Source of the DNA: Candidatus Fraserbacteria bacterium
GTDB taxonomy: Bacteria > Bipolaricaulota > Bipolaricaulia > RBG-16-55-9 > JANLFV01
NCBI GenBank assembly: GCA_037446135.1
Contig: JBBIJD010000056.1
Coordinates: forward strand, 1 to 10,979
DNA: 10,979 nt
Direction of reading: 5' to 3'
In this document: piece after piece, positions 1-6,060 of the stretch
Numbering within the stretch: position 1 is the stretch's first letter
Layout: every line of letters starts with the position of its first letter
Translations under genes and position numbers: made by a program
Notes under the pieces: generated by a model
What the model was told of the DNA's origin: nothing
Seen by the model: only the letters and a program-made list of their open reading frames with translations
The model's database searches: none

Positions 1-351
1 GTGCTCGCGGCAGATGTCCTCCTCCGTGGCCGCCCGGAGCTCGCCCCTCTTCCACTGCTCGAGGGCCTCTCCGGCGGTCCCGCTCGCGCCGATGTAGACC
101 ATCACACCGCGCTCCTCGAACAAGGCCAGCGCCCGCCGGCCCAGGCCCGTGCAGAGGAGGGCCTCCACGCCTGCTTGAGAGAGGAGCTCGGCAGGCAGCC
201 CCGCGCCGCCCATATGCTCGCTCTCGTTGGGGATCACTTCTACTTCGCCGGTCTCCGTGTCCACGATGGTGTAGGTGGGCACGCGACCGAAATGGTCGCC
301 CACGCGATCGTCTAATCCGCCGCTCCCCTCAGTTGGTATGCAGACTCTCAT
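1..351 (-). CDS. NifB/NifX (dinitrogenase FeMo-cofactor-binding / MTH1175-like) family protein, 3' end truncated by the window edge
   Basis: Not in the ORF track. Manual translation from ATG at 351: MRVCIPTEGSGGLDDRVGDHFGRVPTYTIVDTETGEVEVIPNESEHMGGAGLPAELLSQAGVEALLCTGLGRRALALFEERGVMVYIGASGTAGEALEQWKRGELRAATEEDICREH... It has the family HFGR motif and the G-x-G-x-x-A motif, is open to base 1, and starts 1 nt after the upstream stop. Confidence 0.9.
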   Translation of the reverse strand, partial: MRVCIPTEGSGGLDDRVGDHFGRVPTYTIVDTETGEVEVIPNESEHMGGAGLPAELLSQAGVEALLCTGLGRRALALFEERGVMVYIGASGTAGEALEQWKRGELRAATEEDICREH

Positions 352-352
352 C

Positions 353-604
353 TCAGTAATAATAGGGCGGGGCGTAGCCCCCGGAGTACGGGCTGTAAGA
401 GGGTGAATACTGAGCGGAAGCTCCGTATGGCGCATACAAATAGGGTCTCATCGGGCCATAGAGCCCGCTCCACCACCATCTGGGGAGCCAGGGGAAGAAG
501 CGGCAGAAGGGGTAGGGGTTGCCCATCCCACGGCCGAACCCCCAGAGCCCTCTCCCCAGCCCCATTCCGTATCCGGCCCCGAAGAATCCTCTCCCTCTAG
601 GCAT
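353..604 (-). CDS. Small Gly/Tyr/Trp/Pro-rich hypothetical protein (GNPYPFCRFFPWLPRWWW core)
   Basis: Strong SD (AAGGAGGT) upstream of the ATG. It fills the space between two co-oriented genes, and its GMGxGRG N-terminus resembles the neighbouring low-complexity proteins. Confidence 0.8.
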   Translation of the reverse strand: MPRGRGFFGAGYGMGLGRGLWGFGRGMGNPYPFCRFFPWLPRWWWSGLYGPMRPYLYAPYGASAQYSPSYSPYSGGYAPPYYY

Positions 605-616
605 CTTCTACCTCCT

Positions 617-775
617 TTACTTTCTCGTCATCTTGGTTCCGCACTTGGGACAGGGCCTCTTATTGCAAGGCTCCCCGGCAATGTGAGGTGCTGTATATCC
701 ACACTTGGGGCAGACGCAGTCACCGCCGGGACCCGCTGCCCTCCGCCCGCCCATCCTTCCCCTTCCTTGGGGCAC
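617..775 (-). CDS. 52-aa Cys-rich metal-binding protein (CxCPKCG...H...PC...CPKCG; Zn-ribbon/rubredoxin-like)
   Basis: GTG at 775 lies 5 nt after AAGGAGG (781-787). Translation: MPQGRGRMGGRRAAGPGGDCVCPKCGYTAPHIAGEPCNKRPCPKCGTKMTRK. The ORF-track start at 871 overlaps the upstream gene and is less likely. Confidence 0.85.
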   Translation of the reverse strand: MPQGRGRMGGRRAAGPGGDCVCPKCGYTAPHIAGEPCNKRPCPKCGTKMTRK

Positions 776-794
776 CTGCGCCTCCTTTCCGGAG

Positions 795-1052
795 TTAGAG
801 CAGGTTCGCGAAAGTGTCCTCATGCTCCAGTTCCTCAGCGAGGATGTGCCTCGCCAGGTGATAGGTGGCATGGTCCTTCCCGTGAGTCATGGCCGCCAGC
901 TTGGGGCCCTTCGGTGGCTCCTTATAGGCGCAATTGGTCTTCGTGAACCACTCCCTCGGGCTGACCAAGGGCTGGCCGCCCAGTTGGGTGTTCAGTTCGG
1001 CGATCAACTCGTTCACATCCAGCTCGACGATCTCTCTCGCTTTAGTTCCTAT
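795..1052 (-). pseudogene. Degenerate DPS-like (DPSL)/ferritin-like gene: ATA at the expected start and two apparent in-frame internal deletions
   Basis: The frame reads (I)GTKAREIVELDVNELIAELN|TQLGGQPLVSPREWFTKTNCAYKEPPKGP|KLAAMTHGKDHATYHLARHILAEELEHEDTFANLL. These segments match the N-terminus, the QLGG/W...NC loop and the C-terminal ExxHE helix of bacterial DPSL proteins, but the total is only 85 aa. AGGAGG precedes the ATA, which overlaps the upstream TAA (TAATA). Confidence 0.75.
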
Positions 1053-1705
1053 TATTGTCCTCCTAGTTCTTCAAGTCTCTTCTTTATCTCCTTCAACTGG
1101 CTCTCTAGCATCTCCGCCTGATCTCTCAGCATCTTCAGCTCTTGGTCCTTGGACATCTGGGGCATTCCCCCAGCAGGCGGCATCGGGGCTTGAGGCGGGG
1201 GCATCGTCCCCTGCCCCCACATGCCTCGACCCATGCCCCTGCCCATTCCTCCGCCACGACCCATCCCACGTCCCATGCCCATACCTCGACCCATACCCAT
1301 GCCACCGCCGCGCCCCATGCCCATCCCCATTCCCGGGCCGAAGCCGGGGGCGGCCATCGCTCCGGCGCCGGAGGAGATCAATTCGCCCCTGATGTAGCGC
1401 TCGATCGCCTCGCGGACGGTCAGTCCTGAGACACTTACCATCTCGACTCCCGCCTGGCCCAAGGCGCCCGAGGCGTTCGGGCCATAGTTTCCGGCGATCA
1501 CAACCTTTGCCCCGGAGTTGGCGGCCCACTGCGCGGCCTGGATCCCCGCGCCCCCAGCTGCTCCGGCGAATTGGTTGGGAACGACCTCAACTCGTGCGAT
1601 CTTATTCTCCTCGAGCTCGACGACCGTAAAGGTCGGCGCCCGCCCGAAGGTCGGCGAGACCTGGTCATCGAGCCCGCCCTTAGTCGTCGCTACCAGGATC
1701 TTCAT
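1052..1705 (-). CDS. NifB/NifX (MTH1175-like) domain protein fused to a Gly/Met/Arg low-complexity linker and a DUF5320-type C-terminal coiled coil
   Basis: N-terminal MKILVAT...DDQVSPTFGRAPTF...GAGIQAAQ...VIAGNYGPNA family pattern, followed by GMGRG repeats and the tail ELKMLRDQAEMLESQLKEIKKRLEEL. SD GAGGAG upstream. Confidence 0.9.
   Translation of the reverse strand: MKILVATTKGGLDDQVSPTFGRAPTFTVVELEENKIARVEVVPNQFAGAAGGAGIQAAQWAANSGAKVVIAGNYGPNASGALGQAGVEMVSVSGLTVREAIERYIRGELISSGAGAMAAPGFGPGMGMGMGRGGGMGMGRGMGMGRGMGRGGGMGRGMGRGMWGQGTMPPPQAPMPPAGGMPQMSKDQELKMLRDQAEMLESQLKEIKKRLEELGGQ
1220..1333 (-). repeat. Coding low-complexity tandem repeat (GMG/GRG units)
   Basis: Encodes GMGMGMGRGGGMGMGRGMGMGRGMGRGGGMGRGMGRGM. 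The codons are varied, so the repeat is conserved at the protein level rather than being a perfect DNA microsatellite. Confidence 0.9.
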
Positions 1706-1727
1706 CTGCTCCTCTCCTTCCTCGTTC

Positions 1728-2051
1728 TTAACCTTTGCTTAATTCTTCGATCCGCTTGCGGATCGCCTCCAGTTGCTGCTCCAGCATCCGGGCCTGGCCC
1801 TTCAGCAGCTCGGCCTCCCGCTCCGCGGGCAGCCCCATCGGAGCTGATGGATAGGCCGTGAAGGGCGCCATCGCCGGCCGAGTCGGATAGGGGGTCCGGC
1901 TCTGCATCCAGCTCCAGAACTGGGGCCAGAGCCCTGACTCCATCAGGAATTGGGCTCCCGGAGGCATCCCTCCCCAGCCTGGTGAGTAGCCGAACCTTAT
2001 CCAGCCCGGCAAGCCGGTCAGCTGATACATCCAACGGTAGCCTCCTGGCAT
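1728..2051 (-). CDS. DUF5320-family protein
   Basis: YRWMYQLTGLPGWIRFG motif, a Pro/aromatic-rich middle and a C-terminal coiled coil (EAELLKGQARMLEQQLEAIRKRIEEL). SD GAGGTG; the ATG directly follows the DUF134 stop. Confidence 0.85.
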   Translation of the reverse strand: MPGGYRWMYQLTGLPGWIRFGYSPGWGGMPPGAQFLMESGLWPQFWSWMQSRTPYPTRPAMAPFTAYPSAPMGLPAEREAELLKGQARMLEQQLEAIRKRIEELSKG

Positions 2052-2492
2052 CTAGCTCACCTCCTCTTCCTTAGCCTCAGCCGTAGGTTGCCCAACACGG
2101 TAGAGATGAGGGCTGCCACAGCGGCAGCAGCGGAGGGAGCCGTCACTCCCTCCTGGCGAGGGCGCGGGGAGCTCGAACCCGCAGGCCGCGCACCGCAGGA
2201 GGGGCTCGCGGCCCCCGCTGAGGCGGATCGGCCGCCCCTCGAGGAGGGCCTGGACGACCTTGCTCCGGCCGGAGTAGAGGAGCCGCTGGACCGTCCCACG
2301 CGAGATCCCCATCTCCACTCCAGCTGCGCTCTGGTCCTTCCCCAAAAGATCGACTAAGCGCATCGCCTCCAGCTCATCGAGGCCGAGCTCGACCGCCGGC
2401 TGCAGGGGGTTTCCCCCGAGCCCAGGGCTGGGGAAGAACCAGGTTATCTCCGGCTGGAACGCGCAGCGCCTCCGCTTCCTCCGCCGCGGCAT
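2052..2492 (-). CDS. DUF134 (UPF0251) putative DNA-binding protein with a C-terminal Zn ribbon
   Basis: MPRRRKRRRC start, an LxLDELEAMRLVD...Q..A...MGISRGTVQRLLYSGRSKV HTH signature, and a C-terminal CAAC...CCRCGS. SD GAGGGG. Confidence 0.9.
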   Translation of the reverse strand: MPRRRKRRRCAFQPEITWFFPSPGLGGNPLQPAVELGLDELEAMRLVDLLGKDQSAAGVEMGISRGTVQRLLYSGRSKVVQALLEGRPIRLSGGREPLLRCAACGFELPAPSPGGSDGSLRCCRCGSPHLYRVGQPTAEAKEEEVS

Positions 2493-2509
2493 CGCCTGCC
2501 CCTCATTCC

Positions 2510-2550
2510 GTGCATATGCACATTATAGCGGGGGGTGTCATCTCGCGCAA
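2510..2550 (-). promoter_or_regulatory. Sigma70-type promoter of the DUF134 operon with a palindromic operator over the start site
   Basis: Minus strand: TTGCGC (2550-2545), 17 nt, TATAAT (2527-2522), followed immediately by the perfect palindrome GTGCATATGCAC (2510-2521). Confidence 0.75.
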
Positions 2551-2580
2551 GTCGTCAACTGGGCCGCTGAGTCGGAGCCC

Positions 2581-2847
2581 TTATACCGGCCGGCCAGATC
2601 GGGCTGCCCTCGCCCCCTTGGCCGTGAGCTCCCAGAGTTGCTCGCACCCACCGGCGGCCCTCCCCAAGAGTGGGCATCCCGTGCAATTCCCCTGACAGCC
2701 AGCGGCTACCGGCCTTAGGTAACCCAGCCTTGCCAATTCCGCGATCATCGGCCTGAGCAGCTCCTCGCCCACGCCCACTTCCCGGGCTAGCTCGGCCAGG
2801 TTGTGAGCCTCGCCCTCGGCTATGCAGCGCAGCAGCTTCTCCAGCAA
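2581..2847 (-). CDS. feoC: FeoC-like winged-helix protein with a Cys cluster
   Basis: Directly downstream of feoB. HTH-like segment LAELAREVGVGEELLRPMIAELARLGYL, then CxxxCxxC...C. TTG start. Confidence 0.75.
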   Translation of the reverse strand: MLEKLLRCIAEGEAHNLAELAREVGVGEELLRPMIAELARLGYLRPVAAGCQGNCTGCPLLGRAAGGCEQLWELTAKGARAARSGRPV

Positions 2848-2854
2848 TTTGCCT

Positions 2855-4867
2855 TTACACCCCCCAGCCGACTAGCCTCGCCCCCTGGTAGATGGCTATC
2901 CCGACCGCGAAGGAGATCGCCGCGAGAGAGGCGACGCTAAAGGCGGTCCAGCGCCAACTCCCGGTCTCCTGGCGGATGGTAGCCACTGTAGCCGCACAAG
3001 GGATGAAGAGCATCTCCACAGCCAGGAAGGCCAGGGCCGCGGCCGGGGTGAGGATGCTACCTAAGATCCCGGCCAGCTTCGCCTCCTCACCCCCGCTATA
3101 GAGGACACCGAGGGTGGCGATCGCGGTCTCTTTGGCCACGAAGCTGCTCAAGAGGGCCACCATCATCTCCCAACCTAGGCCCATGAGGGCCCCCAGGGGG
3201 GCCAGGAGCCGCCCGAGCCCCACCAGGTAGCTGGACCCCAGCTCGCCGCTCGGCAGGAAAGCGAGGGCCCAAACTAAGATGGAGACGGTCAAGATGATCG
3301 TCCCGGCCCGCCGGAGGAAGGCCAAGATCCTCCGCCAGACGAATAGCCCGATGGTGCGAGCATTGGGGATGTGATACAACGGCAGCTCCATGATGAAGGC
3401 CCCGCGCTCGCCATGGAGGACCAGCTTGTTGATCACGATCCCACTAATGGCAAGGACAGCCAGGTTGAGGGGGACCAAGCTCCAGGAGACCAATGCGGCG
3501 GCCCTGCCGAAGAAGATCGGCGCGAGGAAGGCCAAGACCGCCATACGGGCGGTGCAGGGGACGAGCGGGGCCACCAGGATCGTCAAGAGCCGGGCCCGCT
3601 CCCCCTCGACTACCCTCGCGCCCATCACCGCTGGGACATTGCAGCCGAATCCGAGGAAGAGCGGGAGGAAGCTCTTCCCGTGCAACCCCAGGGGGTGCAT
3701 GAACCGGTCCATAACATAGGCGGCCCGGGCCATATACCCTACATCCTCCAGGAAGCCAAAGGCGGCGAAGAAGATGAGCAGGATCGGCAGGAAAGTGAGG
3801 ACCGTCCCGACCCCGCCGATCAGCCCCTCGACGATCAGCCCCCTGAGCCAGCCCGGTGAGCCGGCTAGAGCGGCAGCCGCCCATTCTGCTAAGGCCCTGA
3901 GCCCATGGGCCTCGAGCAGGCCCTGAAGGGGCGCACCGATGGCATAGGTCAGCCAGAAGACCAGGCCCAAGATCCCCAAGAGGAGGGCGAGGCCCCAGAG
4001 CGGGTGGGTCGCCACCCGATCGAGCCGCTCAGTGAAGGTCACCTGGCCCGCCTTGGGATGCACGACCGCCGCCCGGACCATCCGCCCGATCCACTCATAG
4101 CGGCCGCTGGCGACGGCCAGCACTGCATCCTCATGTTGCATCAGGAGGGTGTGGAGCCGCTCCCATTGCTCCTTAGGCAGGGACTCTTGGACCATCCCCG
4201 TGATCTCCTCATCCCCCTCCAGGAGCTTAAGGGCCACCCAGTCTTTGGGGTATGGCCCCGGCACGCGATCGGCGATGAGCCGCTCGAGCTCCTCCAGGAC
4301 CCCCTGATGGTCCTCCCGGACCCGCGGGCAGCTCGGGTTATAGGCCGCCGTCCCCTGGGCCACTCTCTCGATGGCCTCGACCAGCTCCGGCACGCCCCGG
4401 CCCTTGGCAGCCACCATCGGGACCACGGGCAAGCCCAGCGCCGCCTCGAGCACATGCGGCTCGATGTGAAGCCCCTGCTGCTCGGCCACATCCATCATGT
4501 TCAGGGCCAATACCACCGGCACTGACAGGCACAATAGCTCCGCCACCAGATAGAGGTTCCGCTCCAGGGCCGTGGCATCGACGACGGCTACCACCACATC
4601 TGGCCGCTCCTTGATGATGTAGTCCCGCGCGATCCGCTCCTCTTGGGAGTTAGCGGTCAGGCTGTAAGTCCCGGGTAGGTCCACGATCTTCATTAAAATG
4701 CCATCTTTTCGGTAGATGCCGGTCTTCCGCTCTATGGTCTTGCCCGGCCAGTTCCCCACATGCTGGGAGAGGCCAGTCAAAAGATTAAAGACCGTGGACT
4801 TGCCGACATTCGGCTGCCCGGCCAAAGCCACCGTGATCACTCGTGTGGAGACCCGCTCAGTAGCCAT
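2855..4867 (-). CDS. feoB: Ferrous iron transport protein B
   Basis: G1 GQPNVGKS, G2 NWPGKT, G3 DLPG and G4 NMMD motifs, then a membrane domain with LEDVGYMARAA, GFGCNVPA, VPCTAR, FIMELP and FIPCAAT. Start placed at ATG 4867 (SD GGAGGGAG, overlapping the feoA end) rather than 4930. Confidence 0.97.
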   Translation of the reverse strand: MATERVSTRVITVALAGQPNVGKSTVFNLLTGLSQHVGNWPGKTIERKTGIYRKDGILMKIVDLPGTYSLTANSQEERIARDYIIKERPDVVVAVVDATALERNLYLVAELLCLSVPVVLALNMMDVAEQQGLHIEPHVLEAALGLPVVPMVAAKGRGVPELVEAIERVAQGTAAYNPSCPRVREDHQGVLEELERLIADRVPGPYPKDWVALKLLEGDEEITGMVQESLPKEQWERLHTLLMQHEDAVLAVASGRYEWIGRMVRAAVVHPKAGQVTFTERLDRVATHPLWGLALLLGILGLVFWLTYAIGAPLQGLLEAHGLRALAEWAAAALAGSPGWLRGLIVEGLIGGVGTVLTFLPILLIFFAAFGFLEDVGYMARAAYVMDRFMHPLGLHGKSFLPLFLGFGCNVPAVMGARVVEGERARLLTILVAPLVPCTARMAVLAFLAPIFFGRAAALVSWSLVPLNLAVLAISGIVINKLVLHGERGAFIMELPLYHIPNARTIGLFVWRRILAFLRRAGTIILTVSILVWALAFLPSGELGSSYLVGLGRLLAPLGALMGLGWEMMVALLSSFVAKETAIATLGVLYSGGEEAKLAGILGSILTPAAALAFLAVEMLFIPCAATVATIRQETGSWRWTAFSVASLAAISFAVGIAIYQGARLVGWGV

Positions 4868-5117
4868 GCCATCTCCCTCCCGGCTGGCTGACCCAGATCT
4901 TGGCCGCCTCGCCCCGCCCCAGGGCCACACGAGTATTTCTCACCGAGACGATGAGTGGCCCTCGACCGAAGTTCTGAATCACTATCACCTCCGTCCCGGG
5001 GATGAAGCCTAACGCGGCCAGCCGCCTCATAAAGCCCCTCCCGCCGGTCAGGGCCCTCACCACCCCGACCTCGCCCTGAGCGAGCGTGCTCAACGGTATC
5101 TGTGTATCGCGACTCAT
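4857..5117 (-). CDS. feoA: Ferrous iron transport protein A
   Basis: SH3-like FeoA pattern RRLAALGFIPGTEV...GPLIVSVRNTRVALGRGEAAKIWV. ATGA overlap with the fur stop. Confidence 0.95.
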   Translation of the reverse strand: MSRDTQIPLSTLAQGEVGVVRALTGGRGFMRRLAALGFIPGTEVIVIQNFGRGPLIVSVRNTRVALGRGEAAKIWVSQPGGRWHGY

Positions 5118-5545
5118 TTCCCTCTCCTCTTACGACAATCGGAGCAATAGCCTATCAGCTCTACCTGGGCGCTCACCACCTCAAAGCCATGCCTCCCTCC
5201 GAGCTCCTTTATCTCCTCGGTGAGGAAGCACTCGATGACTTTGCCACAACCCAGGCAGACCAGGTGATGGTGCTCTTCGGCCTTGGCCTCGTAGTGATGG
5301 TGCTCCTCCCCGAGGTGGAGTTCCTCCACCAGGCCCAGCTCCTTGAGCAGGCTTAAGGTCCGGTAGACAGTCGAGAGGCTCAGGCGGGGATTCCATCGCT
5401 GGGCCAGCCGATGGATCTCGTCCGCGTCCAGGTGGCCATGCTCCCGGATTATCCCGAGCAGGAGCTCCCTCTGGGAGGTCATCCGCCTCTTCTCCGCCCT
5501 GAGCAAGGCCCGCAGCTCTCCCGGCTTGCCGCTATTGCGAATCAT
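5114..5545 (-). CDS. Fur-family transcriptional repressor
   Basis: RMTSQR...HLDADEI...LSLSTVYRTLSLLKELGLV...HHHLVCLGCGKVIE...GYCSDC. Start placed at ATG 5545 because the longer TTG start (5593) lies upstream of the predicted promoter. Metal specificity (Fur/Mur/Zur/PerR) cannot be fixed from sequence; the feo context suggests Fe or Mn. Confidence 0.93.
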   Translation of the reverse strand: MIRNSGKPGELRALLRAEKRRMTSQRELLLGIIREHGHLDADEIHRLAQRWNPRLSLSTVYRTLSLLKELGLVEELHLGEEHHHYEAKAEEHHHLVCLGCGKVIECFLTEEIKELGGRHGFEVVSAQVELIGYCSDCRKRRGK

Positions 5546-5584
5546 ATGCGATAAAATTGTAGCGCGAACCCAACCCGCTGTCAA
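5534..5584 (-). promoter_or_regulatory. Near-consensus sigma70 promoter of the fur-feoABC operon with a Fur-box-like site
   Basis: Minus strand: TTGACA (5584-5579), 17 nt, TACAAT (5561-5556). An imperfect 9-1-9 inverted repeat, ATTGCGAAT-C-ATATGCGAT (5534-5552), covers the expected start site and the ATG. Confidence 0.8.
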
Positions 5585-5617
5585 ACTGCTCAACCCCTAG
5601 CTAGAACGGGGCTCGAG

Positions 5618-5647
5618 TTGAAGCCCCCGCGGGCCTAAGACTATAAT
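5618..5647 (+). promoter_or_regulatory. Sigma70-type promoter of gcvH-gcvPA-gcvPB
   Basis: TTGAAG (5618-5623), 18 nt, TATAAT (5642-5647). SD AGGAGG at 5664-5669. Confidence 0.7.
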
Positions 5648-5670
5648 CCGGAAAGGCCGCGAGAGGAGGA

Positions 5671-6060
5671 ATGATGTATCCCAAGGAGTTCAGATACACA
5701 AAGGAACACGAATGGGCCAAGGCCGAGGGGGGCCGCGCCCGGGTCGGGATCACCGACCATGCCCAGAGCGAGCTGGGTGATATCGTCTATGTCGAGCTTC
5801 CGGCTGTTGGACGGACGGTGAAGCAGGGGGAGAGCTTCGCGACCGTTGAGTCCGTCAAGGCCGTCTCCGATGTCTATACCCCGGTGAGCGGGGAGGTCGT
5901 GGAGGTCAACCGCCAGCTCGAGTCCCAGCCGGAGTTGCTCAACAAATCCCCGCATGACCAGGGCTGGCTGGCCCTCATCGAGATGGCCGATCCCAGGGAA
6001 CTAGAGGAGTTGATGACCGCTGAGGAATACGAGAGATTCCTGGAGAAGGGCGAAGAGTAA
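5671..6060 (+). CDS. gcvH: Glycine cleavage system H protein
   Basis: YTKEHEW, VGITDHAQSELGDIVYVELP and the lipoyl-lysine motif VESVKAVSDVYTPVSGEV. The true start may be the second ATG (5674), judging by SD spacing. Confidence 0.97.
   Translation: MMYPKEFRYTKEHEWAKAEGGRARVGITDHAQSELGDIVYVELPAVGRTVKQGESFATVESVKAVSDVYTPVSGEVVEVNRQLESQPELLNKSPHDQGWLALIEMADPRELEELMTAEEYERFLEKGEE

Noticed and set aside
1..315. Plus-strand 104-aa ORF
   Set aside because: Antisense shadow of the minus-strand NifB/NifX gene (351 to <1), which has clear family motifs.
617..871. 84-aa version of the Cys-rich protein
   Set aside because: The extension overlaps the DPSL-like frame. A strong SD supports GTG 775.
1220..1333. 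Possible CRISPR array or DNA-level tandem repeat
   Set aside because: No constant repeat-spacer structure. It is a degenerate coding repeat.
1..1705. Nitrogen fixation locus, suggested by the NifB/NifX domains
   Set aside because: No nifHDK, nifEN or radical-SAM nifB in the window, and this fold is widespread in non-diazotrophs.
683..1861. Several plus-strand ORFs, including the Cys/Pro/His-rich 934..1392 and 1142..1429
   Set aside because: Their repetitive composition is just the reverse complement of the GMGRG repeat, and there are no independent signals.
2892..5356. Alternative-frame and antisense ORFs inside feoB, feoA and fur
   Set aside because: Typical high-GC shadow ORFs overlapping well-supported genes.
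4868..5593. Longer N-termini for feoB (4930) and fur (5593)
   Set aside because: The feoB extension lies inside feoA, and the fur extension starts upstream of its predicted promoter.
5594..5633. Short GC-rich inverted segments between the divergent promoters
   Set aside because: The stems are short and expected by chance at this GC content.
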